Positions 1 through 12,700 of a DNA stretch of 64,000 nt are shown here, in pieces (position 1 is the stretch's first letter; each line of letters starts with the position of its first letter). The stretch spans positions 76,012,001-76,076,000 of the forward strand of contig CM060733.1 in the NCBI GenBank assembly GCA_030704615.1, in the 5' to 3' direction. The stretch comes from Takakia lepidozioides. Taxonomy: Eukaryota; Plantae; Bryophyta. Under the pieces are notes generated by a model that saw only the letters and a program-made list of their open reading frames with translations, searched no databases and was not told the origin of the DNA. The position numbers and the translations under genes were made by a program.

Positions 1-519
1 GAGGAGGCCGGGTTTTGCCTTCCAAGAGCCCCTCCTGTCGTAACACCAGTTGACCCAATGGCTTTCCCTTCCAACTTTACGGCACGTCCTCGACATGGCA
101 ATGATAGGCCCACAAAAAGGAATGGAAAAGCGGTACGTTTGGTTGAGGCTGGTGCAGCCAATGAGTGCAAGATGGAGTCTGCTAGAACCCTACAGTGTTG
201 TGTCACCCAAATTGTGAATGTTCCCTTGCCAGGGTATGGGCGGGTGTACACCACGGCGACCTCTGGATCAGTTGTTCATGACCGGACCTATGAGATTACT
301 ATTGGCAATTTCCCTAATTGCACTTGTCCGGACTTTCAGAACACGCTCTCAAGTTCTCTTGGCAAGAGAGTAAAATTTGTCCCGTGCAAGCATTTGTACT
401 ACATCTATATTCGGAGAATGTTTTGCGATCCAAAACGAGATACGTACATTCACCAATGTACGATTGGACCCAGCGACGTTCACACACTGCTACAACGAGA
501 TACTTCAGGTACAAATTGA
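1..519 (+). mobile_element. 3' end of a MULE transposase gene (SWIM zinc finger), paralog of the element at 42242-45746; truncated by the window edge
   Basis: NFPNCTCPDF...CKHLYY is a CxCx(n)CxH SWIM motif; it aligns residue by residue with the C-terminus of ORF 44526-45746 (PGYGRV.T..TS.S.VHD.TY.IT..NFPNCTCPDF...SLGKR.KF..CKHL...MxCDPKRD...LLQRDT). Confidence 0.9.
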
Positions 520-1529
520 GATGTAGTCTGGATTTGCATTACAACTCTACCCGTTTGCCCTCCTTGTCATTGTTACTCAAATCTGGGTGTATCGGACTTT
601 GGAGATGGGTACGTTTGCTTCAAGGATGCATTTTTGAATGAGATCAATGTTGTTTTGCAATGAGGATTTCTTCTCAATCTTGTTTTTCAATGCATGTTTG
701 TGTTCCACCAGGTCGACTTGTATCTGGCTTAGTGTTGGATAATGGGAACACTTTCTTGAATGAGATCAATGATTGTTTTGCAGAATTGGTTTATGTATTC
801 ACTTTCTATGAGATGAATTCAATGAGATGATACTCCATGACTGTTATGAAAATGATGAATGTCATGAATGTTTTCTTACAAGCTATTATATTAAACTCAT
901 TCGTGCTACATTCATCCACCCTTTGTCATCCAACATCCATCCTTCATTCATCCATTTCCCTGAACCCATTCATACTTGCTTACTTCATCGAGAAGTTCTT
1001 CGTACACATTCATCCCACATTTTCTGACATGGAGGTCGGCGCCTTTGGTCCATCATGGCATGTAAACCTCCAATAGGCATAAGTTTGCGTCAACGACAAT
1101 AGGCCCTGCTTCTTCCACGGTTATACGCTCCACTTCCACTTTCTCACGCTTAACTTCTGCTCACACTTAAGGGAATCTGCTTACGATTAGTGGAATCTAC
1201 TCACACTTAGTGCGCTAAGCGTGAGCGCGCTCACGCCGCAGCTACTCTTAGAATAAGAAAGCAGAAAAGACCGGAAAAGAGAATGGAAAGAAACCATAAC
1301 ACAAAGAAGAAAGCTCACCGAGCGTGTTGTGGAGGCGACGGTTATTGCGATGATTCGGTGCTCACGCGACTGTCCACGCCTCGAAAAGCTAACACGCACA
1401 AAGGAAAGCGGGCTCGCACAAATGGGAGGTGGCGGGCCTAAAACGAAACAGTGCGAAAGAAGTCCAGCAGTAAGTGGAGAACAGGTATAACCCTGCATGC
1501 CGACGCATGCCGAGGAGTGACGTGGCGAG

Positions 1530-3680
1530 ATTTCACTGGCGCCCCTTTTTTGGCCGCCATCGCATTAAATAGTTGCAGACCCCTCACACGTGTTGTCAGT
1601 ATGCCATTGCACGGACAGACTGCACGGACATACTCGTATGCCACTACATGGACAGTCCAGCAGACGGAAGGTTCAACAAAATGAAGAAGAGACTGAGGTA
1701 GACGGGATGAGTGGGACTATCGTCAGTCTGCCGTCGCCGCATTCATTAAGTCCAACAGACTTACTCCTGATGACAAAGACAGTCGAGCAGACCCAGTACC
1801 CTCGACAACAGACTCATATGCCACCGCAAGGGCAGACTAACGACTGAGGTTAAGTGGATTGACGAAGAGACTAAGGCGAGTGCGGAGACTGATGATGTGG
1901 CATGACGTGACAAGGCCTCCTTACCACCGTCAGTGCATTTATTGCGTCCAGCAGATTTACACCTAATGACATAACGGCCGAACAGATCCACTGCAAACAA
2001 ACTTGCGCAACAGCAGACTCATATGCCACTGCACGGACAGTCCAGTGGACGGAAGGTTCAACAGACTGACGAAGAGACTGGCGTAGAGTAGTTTGCGCGA
2101 CAACAGACTGATTTCTAACAGACTAATATCCCAAAAGACAAAGTATCCCCTAGGCGGCCGGGTGATACGAGAGTAGAGGCTGAACCGTAAACCGCACTTT
2201 CTGTCTGAGTTCGGACGCGGCTCGAGATCACTGGCGCCCCTTCCCGCCGTTGTTGCATTAATAGGTCCAGCAGACTTACACATGATCATAATGACGGCTC
2301 AACATACCCAACGCAAACAGACTTGCGCCACAGCAGACTGACTTCGTGACAGTTTAGCTGACTGATATCAGAAGAGACGGATAGACCAGCAGTCCGACGG
2401 CTCAGCAAACTCACGACAAAACGGATAATTAAAAGGTAGTAGTTAGACGGACTCATATCCGAAGAGACGGACTTCCACCTGACCGACAGTTCAACAGACT
2501 GACGAGAGAAGAGACTTCGGGGATAAGACGAGAAAAGAGACTTCGGAATTCGGCAGGCAATGACGGCCCAATAGTCCAGTAAAGAACAGACTCGCGCCAC
2601 ACCAGACTGGTATCCCTATAGACCAACAGTCCAACAGACCAGACCGATATCCCATCATAACCATGCTTGGCGACGCCGTAATGCCGTGGTTGCATTTCAT
2701 CCATCCAACAGACTTATATATGCCTATACTCATGGCACAACACACTGCTTAGAGAAAGTACTGACAAAGACGCAGTCAAAGAGCCTGTCGATCCACGCCA
2801 TTTGCAGTCGTAAGGACCTCAAGAGGTGCATCTGGATGTTTGAGGACCTTCGGACTGGATCCTGTTCCGTTCACACTTTCCGCAGTTCCAAGACATGTGG
2901 TGGCAGAGACGTCCTCCCCTGAACAGTCTCATCGGTGGACATAAATTTTGCAATGTATACACGCCCCCACGTGCATATGCTTCCGCGATTTCCGCTATCG
3001 TGTTACCAATGGTTTCTTGCTCCATACGAAGGAGCTCGGACTCGGACACACACCACAAACCGTAAACGCATGCAATTTTTCTACATATCGTCTAAAAAAT
3101 AACCACGTCAGCACAAAACGAAGGCAAAAATAGTGGAAGCATATGCACGATGGTGGCTGTAGAGCCCTGCCAGCCCTCTCATGTTCAGGCACACCCTTCA
3201 TCGTCATTAAAATTGTCCTAAACAAAAAGAACAGCCGCATGCATGCAAAGTCAGCTCCGCAACATTGGATAACAAAGAGCCGCAAGAACGAGACAACAAG
3301 AACGAGTGGGCGAGTTCGTGGCAGGATGCTGCGATTTTCCATGCCCTAAACATGGATGGCGCGGATGGGTTTCTCAGAATGGACAATCCAGATCCTTCGG
3401 CCGGCGCGGACTGACAGACTGGTAGACATCAGATGGGCATAGCGGACTGTGGACTTGCGGGGACTGGCACAACGGACTGGCGTGCACCGCGGACTGGCCG
3501 ACAGACTGGCGGTTTGGCGGACTTAGGGGAACTGGACTCACGGGCAGCGGACTGGCGGGCGGACTGGGGGCGCGGCTGGACGACCGCACGTAGCGGCGGG
3601 TAGGGGTCCAGGTGGGAGCCGGGCTTTCGTGCGTGGGGCCCACCGGTCAGCTCGCGCGTGCGCCATAACGTCCCAATTAT
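1530..3680. repeat. Degenerate repeat region rich in CAGACT/GGACT motifs, with ~300-390 bp internal duplications; probably a non-autonomous TE
   Basis: Recurrent blocks: tatgccac..ggacagtccag..gacggaaggttcaaca (~1637, ~2022) and cactggcgcccc (~1534, ~2229); GGACTG cluster at 3400-3570; no credible ORF. Confidence 0.5.
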
Positions 3681-3700
3681 TGTAAAATGAGAGACATATT

Positions 3701-4026
3701 TACACTCTGTGGCAGCTTATCAGTTGATCCTACACAGCTTATCATATTACACTATGTGGCAGCTTATCAGCTGATCCTACACAACTTATCATATTACACT
3801 CTGTGTGCAGCATATCAGCTGATCCTACACAACTTATTACACTCTGTGGCAGTTTATCAATTGATCCTACACAACTTATCATATTACACTATGTGGCAGC
3901 TTATCAGCTGATCTTATGATAAGCACTTATCATACTACACTTAGTGGCAACTTATCAGCTCATCCTACACAACTCAATACATTACACTCTGTGGCAGCTT
4001 ATCAGCTGATCCTACACAACTTATCA
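3701..4026. repeat. Minisatellite, ~7 copies of a ~47-bp unit
   Basis: Head-to-tail unit tacact(c/a)tgtggcagcttatcagctgatcctacacaacttatcatat. Confidence 0.95.
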
Positions 4027-4299
4027 GAGCTGCCCTTTCAAAATTACATAAATGCTAAAGTAAGTAAGAAGTAAAAGCTGTCTTGGCTATTGGTACCTCT
4101 TTATATGTTAAAACGTCCTAACTTAATCGCAGAGAAAATCTTGCTCCTACTGTTAAATCACGGGCACCTGCTAAAAGTTTGGTTTGCTTCTCTTCTTGGT
4201 GATTCCGTCTTGGTTGGTTGCCTCCATGCCGCGGGCTGAAAGCGGATATTTAAGGGGAGAATTTGGATTGATCTACATGACATGCTCAAAACCTAATAG

Positions 4300-5660
4300 T
4301 TGTTCAATGCCAAATTTCCCTCCAAACATTCTCATTAGTTTGAGGTAGATAGAAATAGTATAATATGATACAAATAAAATGAGATGAGGTGATACTTTTC
4401 AAATAATCTCTTGGAGGTTTGAGAAGTGCCATCTCAATGGCATTATCTACATTTAATGTGCAAAATATCACTTCCCTAAGAAAACCCCAGTATAGAATGT
4501 CCAAGTTCATGTGGATGTAATATATTTGTATAGAATGTCCATGTGGCTCAGTGTATAGCTGAGTGTATGGAAAGTCCATGAATCATATGGAGATGGATCA
4601 GTATTCATTTCCTTCAATCAATATAAAGCATTTGGAGATTTGGTCAATTCTTAAGCTAAAGGAACTACTAAACCTCTTTATGTTGGATCTCATTTCTCAA
4701 ACACATTCAATGAAAACTTGGCACCCGCATCTATCAACTCGCTCCACTCAACTGACTTGATAACAAAAATCATCATATCCTTTCGGTTCAATGGTTTACA
4801 CTCCCAAACGCCTTTGCAACTATCAAACTGCTTCGAATCCGAGAGTTCATTCATAAGTTATGTATCTCCATATTGCTCAAAAATCAACACTCATACAAAC
4901 CCACTAGGCTCAACAACATGATTTGCGTGCAATAGAAGCAACTTTGGTGGATATGACAATAGACATGTCACACCACTAACTTCTTTGGATATAACTTTTG
5001 GATGTAATCTTTGCATCATACACTCCCACAATCTTCTCCCTGGATCGAATCCGCGCTACAAATAAATTCCCCCCAAACCTCTTTCCAAATGGATTTCCAA
5101 TTAGCCGAGGGTGAGGGATGTGGCCCCACTTGGAAATCCACAATATTAATAAAAATAACGTATACACAATAGATGAAATCAATAAAAACATAACATTCAT
5201 ATAGAATAAATAAACCACGCAATGCTCAACGAGCTTTCCAAAGTGCGGCACCATGGTGTGATGGTTACTTGAAATTATATGCTCTGCAGCAAATGTTGCT
5301 TTGGCTTTTTTCACCTCAAATTTGAAAATATTATCATCTTGAAGTTGAAGTGATTTGACAAATCTTTCCATTCTCTCCTTCCTATCCTCCTCCGTGCGTT
5401 TGAATTAATAGGTCGTCATTTCTTTTCTTGAAGGCCTTGAGTAGATCGCCACTAGAGATAGTTCTATTCTTCTTCTTACCAATCGAATTAGTAAAAAGTG
5501 TGAGAGAGGTGTTGGTATACATCTCCCGGCCCGTCACTAGAAGGCCGACCACGAGCAGGAATAGGCGCCTCATCAGGCTCTATTCGTATATGGGCCACCC
5601 CATCCACTGATGGTAGATCAGATGCAGGCTCATCATCAACATAGGGTAATACTTTGGGAT
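4300..5660 (-). pseudogene. Heavily decayed protein-coding remnant of unknown identity
   Basis: Long minus-strand frame broken by stops consistent with C-to-T decay (e.g. LLLHANHVVEPSGFV*VLIFEQYGD...); no family confidently recognised. Confidence 0.3.
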
Positions 5661-5669
5661 CAAGCATGT

Positions 5670-6318
5670 GACTACAGCCCCCTACCGCCCTCAAACCAAT
5701 GGTTTGACTGAGTGTTTCAATCAAACCTTGTGCCGGATGTTGGAGAAGAATGGCGAGCTTACAAGGGAGTGGGACATCTTCATTCCTCCTCTAGTCTTTG
5801 CTTATCGCACTGCATGCTAGCACGAGGAAGACTCCTTTTGAGTTGCTTTTATGGTAGATTGTGTGTTTCTCCTTTGCATCCTACTCGTTTAGTTTCCACT
5901 ATTTTGTGAGCCTGTGGACTGGTCTAGTTTCTTGGAGAGGTTGCATGCTAGGCACATGGTCTCGATTACCGAGGCTAAGGCTAACATTGTTTTGGCTCAA
6001 GTGGTACAGGCTATGAATTTTAACAAGCGGGTTAAGTATACAGATTACTTCCAGGAGGGACAGACTGTGTGCCTACGTCTTCAGCATGGGCAGCATGCAT
6101 GCAAATCTAAGCTGAAGATCGACGGTCCTTACTTGTTGTACAAGTTGCTTCATGGGAGACGTGCTTTGATCTTGCCGCAGGGACATAACACTGAGGTGAC
6201 ATTTACAGGTTTGATTCATTTGGAGTTGGTTTTTGACTTGACATGCATCAATGTAGAGGGGAGGTCGGTGGTGCTCACTCCTCATGGTGCAGGTGCTTTG
6301 GAGGGTTCAATTTCATAG
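5670..6318 (+). mobile_element. Retroelement integrase fragment (end of catalytic core plus GPY/F module), same family as the integrase at 32609-33896
   Basis: PYRPQTNGLTECFNQTLCRMLEKNGELTREWD nearly matches PYHPQTNGLTERFNQTLCRMLEKNGALTREWD of the 33 kb copy; followed by FQEGQTVCLR...IDGPYLL. Confidence 0.85.
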
Positions 6319-7317
6319 AAGTCTTATCTTAAGTCATAGAAACATGTTGGAGAGTATAATGTCTCTATAGTTTCTACCTGAGAATGATCGATCATAAATA
6401 TTCTCAACATGTTCATTGGCAACATGCATCATCATCACTGTAATCAACCACAAACAAACTGGTAGCCGCCATTGTCTGTGTTCTCAAAGATTTTGTGTCC
6501 ATTTTGTATTGTAGATTTGGAGAACTTTTCATTTATTGTTCTAATTGTGCATTGTTTGATGCTTGAGTGTACTCTCCAATTAGGATTCTTCTGTGTAGAT
6601 TATTTCTCGCTTCGATTGTTGTGTGCATGTTATAAAAATGTGTGTAGAATTTTTGTGGAATAACAATCTTTGTCTCCGTCTTTCTGTTGTGTCATATGTT
6701 GGTTGTGTTTGTCCTAACCGCATTTCTCCACAAAATAAACACGGATTCATCCAAACAAAACATTAGTCCAAACTCAAAATCCTATAGAATTATCCACAAA
6801 TGCATCTCAAATACAATTTATCATCGCTGCTTCACTAATTACCTTTTTGCCCTTTTCGAGAGTCCCTAACTCACACATGGATTACAAACGCAAACAAAAT
6901 AATAACAAATGCATGGTATATATATGCAAACCCTGCCCTACATAGGGGGAAGCCGTAAGTGGAGGGGCTTAGCGTCTATGAATGCAACTTACAAGTTTAT
7001 AAAGCCTTTGCCCGCTTGGTGAGGGACTTAGTGTCTATTCAACCGGATGAAAGTTATGGTCTACGACCCAAAAAAAAAAAAAAAAAAACCAAAAACCAAA
7101 AACCGTCGCAAGCTGCTGTCGACCAGGACTGAGGAGTATAAATAGAAACGCGAGCGTCTGTGAGGGCTTCGCAGCTAATAGTTCCATGGCCCACAAAAAT
7201 ATGCTTGGTGGAGTGATAAACCGTGTTAGAGGTTATGTTGGAGCCTGGGTTGAAGGCCGTCATAGCGTTGAGATGCAAGAATGGAAGGTGCAACAGTGTA
7301 TCAGAAGTGGGTTGCAA

Positions 7318-7944
7318 ACTCTATGGTACTGTAACAAGGGTCTTTGGGTCGGCGTCGGTGAGACATAACTTAGTAGTCGCTCTCATGATAAACGAGATGT
7401 CATTTGCGCTAAGGAGTGCAAGCTCAGAGCTCTTTGTTGTGGGTGAGGCTGGAGTCCGCTACATGATGACTAACAAATTTTGTCATGATGCGGTGATTTT
7501 TTGGGATATATCCCAGGCAATGTCGAGATCTACGGGATATATTGATGGGAAGGTGAATACTCCACTACTGGTAGCAGAACTTTTATCTCCCGCACTATTC
7601 ATAAGAAGGATGGACCAATAGTGTATAGACTCTATAGACTCTATGGTACTGTAACAAGGCTCTTTGGGTCGGCGTCGGTGAGACATAACTTAGCAGTCGC
7701 ACTCATGATAAACAAGATGTCATTTGCGCTAAGGAGTGCAGGCTCATAGCTCTTTGTTGTGGGTGAGGCTGGAGTCCGCTACATGATGACTAACAAATTT
7801 TGTCATGATGCGGGGATTTTTTGGGATATACCCCAGGCAATGTCGAGATCTACGGGATATATTAATGGGAAGGTGAATACTCCACTACTGGTAGTGGAAC
7901 TTTTATCTCTCGCACTATTCATAAGAAGGATGGACCAATAGTGT
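7318..7944. repeat. Tandem duplication, two ~307-bp copies (7318-7624, 7638-7944)
   Basis: Near-identical blocks from actctatggtactgtaacaagg to ggatggaccaatagtgt, period 320 bp. Confidence 0.95.
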
Positions 7945-8024
7945 TGTTTGTGGAGGTTTGGAAGGTGGTAATCGTGCCATTTTTTGTTTAGCAAATTATT
8001 TACAAAGACCAATTCAGTTATGGT

Positions 8025-8735
8025 TATGTCATATTTATTCAGTTTTGTAGAAATTAATGGTCCAAAACAAAAGTCTTTTATTTTAGGTCTTTAGCTTTTC
8101 GGTCTTTCATTTAGGTCATTCATTTACGTCATATTTATTCGTATCCACAAAAATTAATCGTCCAAAACAAAAGTCATTCATTTTAGGTTTTTCATGTTAG
8201 GTTTTTCATTTAGGTCATATTTATTCGGTTTTGCAGATCGTCCAAAACAAAAGTCATTCGTTTTAGGTCTTTCATTTTCGGTCTTTCATTTAGGGCGGTT
8301 TTGCACAAATTAATCGTCCAAAACCAAAGTCTTCCATTTTAGGTCTTTCATTTAGGTCATATTTATTTGGTTTTGCAGAAATTAATCGTCCAAAACAAAA
8401 GTCATTCATTTCAGGTCTTTCTTTTTTAGGTCTTTAATTTTTAATTTTTTAATTTACGTCATCTTTATTTGGTTTTGCAGAAATCAATGGTCCAAAACAA
8501 AAGTCATTCATTTTAGGTCTTTCATTTTTAGGTTTTTCATTTAGGTCCCAAAATTTGTTTGATTTTACAGAAATAAAGAGAAAAAAACATGAGTATCATA
8601 GAAGAAAACCCAATTTGAAATTAGTAGAACAAAATTTTTAGGTCTTTCATTTTTAGGTTTTTTTTTGTTGGGTCATTTATTATTGGGTATTTCATTTAGG
8701 TCATATTTATTCGATTTTGCAGAAATTAACGGCCT
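8025..8735. repeat. AT-rich degenerate tandem repeat, ~6-7 units of 60-110 bp
   Basis: Recurrent gtcatatttattcggttttgcagaaattaatcgtccaaaacaaaagtcattcattttaggtctttcattt. Confidence 0.9.
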
Positions 8736-9204
8736 TCAGTTCTATTATATTCCATTGACTTCCAGTATATTCAGCACTAGCATTTAGGTTTTGTAATTAG
8801 GGTGGAGCCATTACGCGACTAGCCGCTTGTTTTATCTTACAATATAGTCCATCTACTTAAGATGAATTTAGTGGAAAACAAGGGTTAGAGAGTAGACGAG
8901 AACCAAGAGGGGACATAATGCCAAAAGGTAAGCCAAGAAGCATACAAGAAGAAACAAGGGACACTAAGAGCCTGCAGCCTTCGTCTTCTCTTCAGCCTTC
9001 TTAGATTTGGTCACGAAGCGTTGTCTTCCTCAATCAGCCTCTATAACACTTATGGTTATTTTTTCCTCTTTGTACTCCTGGGGATATTTACATCCTCCTT
9101 ATTTATAAAGCTCTAAGGTCCGTCCTCTTCCATAAAAAAAAAGAGAAAAAGAAGAAAAACAAAAAAGAAGGTTAGATCCCAGGCTGAGCGTCAGATCGGA
9201 GTCC

Positions 9205-9487
9205 CATTGATTTTCTTAAGAAATTTGGAAAACAGCACTAGTGGCTACAGAGTTTTGCAAAACATAGCCGTACATTCTGTTCATCCACTGACATTCATCC
9301 AGATCTATAATGTAATCCATTTATATCATCCATATTTGGCAAATTCATCCATAATTTACCTTTTATTTGTAGAAGTTTGGCGATTTCATCCATGAAAAAA
9401 CAGGGAATTTTCGACAGAATATTCCATTTTATTTTTTGAGGTTCCAATCTGGCGAAAATTCGCCAATAAAAAAGAGAAAAAACGATC
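9205..9487. mobile_element. Older copy of the hAT-type MITE at 18787-19065
   Basis: Colinear similarity over ~280 bp with 18787-19065; termini degenerate. Confidence 0.8.
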
Positions 9488-9567
9488 AGCCTAAAAATGT
9501 TCTGACACCTTCCAAAAATGGATGCTTCATAGGGTCACATTGGTGCACAATAAATGGGGCTTCTATT

Positions 9568-9580
9568 ACCCTAACCCTAG
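9568..9580 (+). promoter_or_regulatory. Telo-box-like motif upstream of the helicase gene
   Basis: accctaaccctag ~190 bp before the ATG; AAACCCTA telo-boxes are typical of plant ribosome-biogenesis gene promoters. Confidence 0.4.
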
Positions 9581-9762
9581 TATCATTGTCTTAGTGGACA
9601 GTCATTTGTCTGTTCATCATATGAACTACTTTCAATATTCATCCGTAGATATGGATGTAATATGTTAAGGCAATTAGGGTATGAGGGTTGGGGAGAGTTG
9701 GATGGCGGCCTCCCTCCCCGTCTCTCTTGTTTGTGTGACACTGTGACGAGAGTGAAGCGCAA

Positions 9763-12700
9763 ATGCCGAGCCTAAGCTTAGACGTTCCTTCCGGCCTCGC
9801 CATGGCCTCTCCATCGGAAGCTACCAAGAAGAGTAAGAAGGTGAAGTCTGTGGAGGTTCCAGTATCCTCAACGCCACCTCCATCAGAGTCGGAGAAGAAG
9901 AAAAAGAAGAAAGAGAAGAAGTCTGAGGCGAATGGAGGTGTATTGCAATCTGAAGTTGCAGTGAAGAAAGAGAAGAAGGCTGAGGCCACTCAGACGAACG
10001 GTGACGTATCGCAGTCTGAAGTTGCAGTAGTGAAGTCTGGGAAAAAGAAGCGATCGAGGTCACCTGAGGGGGAACCACGCACGAAAAGAATCAAGTCCGA
10101 GAAGAAGAGCGAGATTGAAGTGCAGGCGACTGACTCGGCGGAGGTTCTGGACCCAAATGCTGTCAAGAATTTTGGGATTTCCCAGGTCTTGAGGGAAAAA
10201 TTGAAATCCAAAGGGATAGAGTCGCTGTTTCCCATTCAAGCCTTGACGTTCAATAGCGTGTTCGCTGGGAAGGATTTAGTGGGTCGGGCTCGCACTGGAC
10301 AGGCAAGTGGGGCTGTTTTGTTCATGTCTGTGAAATTTCGATTCTTTGTGGGGTTGTCAAAGGTCCGGTCGCTCATGGCAGGCCCTAGGGATAGTGTGTT
10401 TCATTTCGATGCATCATCTTTTCTGTCTTTGTGACTAATATCCCTGCTTTTGAATAATGAAGGGACAAACGAGGGGGACTCGTGAATAGGGCGAGAGGTC
10501 ACGGGGATGGTACTAGATAGCTCTACTTCGAAAATATCTCAGGCCATGCAGTGTTCTTAGGAGTGAATTAGATGGCTGGGAATCAACAGTCAGAGGTGCG
10601 TGTATCCTAAGTTGGTGGTGAAAGAGAACTTATCGTCGAGTATCTGCATGCAGGGAAAGACTTTAGCATTTGTACTACCCATTCTGGAGTCTCTGACACA
10701 GAATGGTCTAGCTCAGAGGCGGGAGAGAGGACGGGCTCCAAGTGTAATTGTTTTGGCTCCTACTCGCGAGCTTGCCAAACAGGTACCTGCAGACCCAGAG
10801 TAATTGGGACAAATTGAGTTCATCGCCCTGACCTCTAAATTTCCTCTCATTTTCTTTTTCCCCCAAGAACTGACTTTGTTACAGTCGTTTGTGTGACAGA
10901 GTCAGAAAATAGAGGTGTCTCTATTATTTTGCAGGCAGCTGAGCTGTTGTACCCGCAGGTGTAGAGTCGGTACTCAGTTTGGGTAGAGGAGTTAGAAGGG
11001 AAGAAATAACCTTACTGCTAGTAGATAATCTGTAGAGCATCCGCCCATCTCAATTCACCCGTTCTCCAGGTCCAAGTAACCCTTCTGCTTTTGTCTTACT
11101 GTGGATGGGGCTGTGTTTAGGTGCATGCAGATTTTGAGTTCTATGGCTCTTCAGTGGGACTGAGCACGGTGTGTGTATATGGCGGAGCTCCCTATGGTCC
11201 GCAGGAGAATGCCCTGCGCAAAGGAGTAGATGTAGTTGTGGGCACGCCTGGTCGTATAAAGGTATCGACGAAAAATATCTAGTTGCAATACTGCAAGGCT
11301 CCTGTAGTTGTCATAGTTTTGGTTTGACCCACAATCTTGTTGATTGCATTGAAATGCAGGCTTACTAAGCCAATCCCAGATGAATTGTCACAGTTCAGAA
11401 GGATGCTAATTCACAGATTTCTGTTGAGAACATCAAATGTGTTCAAAGCAGCTCGTCTGCCCTTGGGGGCATAGATGTCCACTGTTGTCTGTGGTGGCTC
11501 TTCTCTGTCATACAGACCTGTTAATCCAAAGTCTTTTGTGATTATGTGGTGGGTTGTTTGTGCAGGACCACTTTGAGAGGGGCACTTTGAATCTGAAGAC
11601 ATTAAAGTTCCGCGTCCTGGATGAAGCTGACGAGATGCTCAACATGGGTTTTGTTGATGATGTGGAGATGATTCTTGGTACCCTCTTTACCTTACCTGCA
11701 CAACTTAGAGTTGGAGGTGGGCTACAGCATAGCTTCCACATTTCTTCATTGGAAACCAAGTGGGATAGTGTGAATTGCTCCTGATGGACTTTGAAGTAGC
11801 GCTCAAGTTAAAGAGGAAAAGCCTCTGCCTTACTCATCTATGATGGTTCTTTGTTGCATGGTGTGCACAGGTGGTGTGGATGATTCATCGCAAGTACAAA
11901 CGCTGCTGTTCAGTGCAACCATGCCAGAGTGGGTGAAAAAGGTGTGTTGGAAACTGCACTACTTGTCAGACCCTGCAGCTGAACTCTTGCAGCAGATTGC
12001 AATAGAGCTCCCAAAACTGTAGGAATACTGCATTGTGTAGGTTAGAGGGCTACAGGGTCATATGCTGACTTGTGGCATAATGAAGAAATACAGTGTCACT
12101 TGTTAAGTACTAGTATAGAGGAACTGATAGGTTATTTGCTGGGCCAGTAGTAGCATGTTACTTATTAGCAATGCTTAACAAGACTTTTCCAGAAGAGAAT
12201 TGCAGTTGTCATTGACACCCCATTTGCACAGTATCTTCAAGTGCACTGAATTGGTCCTGAAGCTGGCTTGGATTTATTTATCATTCTTAGATTCCATGTA
12301 TATCTCTTCACATGCTTATGTTCTGCTATTTTCTTCTGACAGTCTGGATTCAATGGTGGTCTGGTAACAGATAGCGGCAAAGTTTTTGAAACCTAGTAAA
12401 CAGACCGTGGACTTGGTGGGTGATGAGAAGATGAAGGCAAGCGCAAGTGTGAAGCATCTACTGTTGCCCTGTCACTATTCAATTCGTAACCAAGTTGTGG
12501 CTGATATCATCAGATGCTATGGCAGGTGTGTTCCCCCCTGACCCTACTTCTTTTCTGATGTAATGTGAATGTAATGGTGCACATTCTAAGATATGAATCA
12601 TGATCAAACTGCCTCACAAAGCCTTTGAAGATCACAGACTGATTGTCTAAAGCATTATTTGAGATGGTGCTGGCTTGGGGTAGGCTTGTACATGTTTTGG

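Noticed and set aside
3701-4026. CRISPR-like repeat
   Set aside because: Head-to-tail units with no unique spacers
7054-8012. Protein-coding gene in the 320-bp duplication
   Set aside because: Short ORFs on both strands with stops and no recognisable motif
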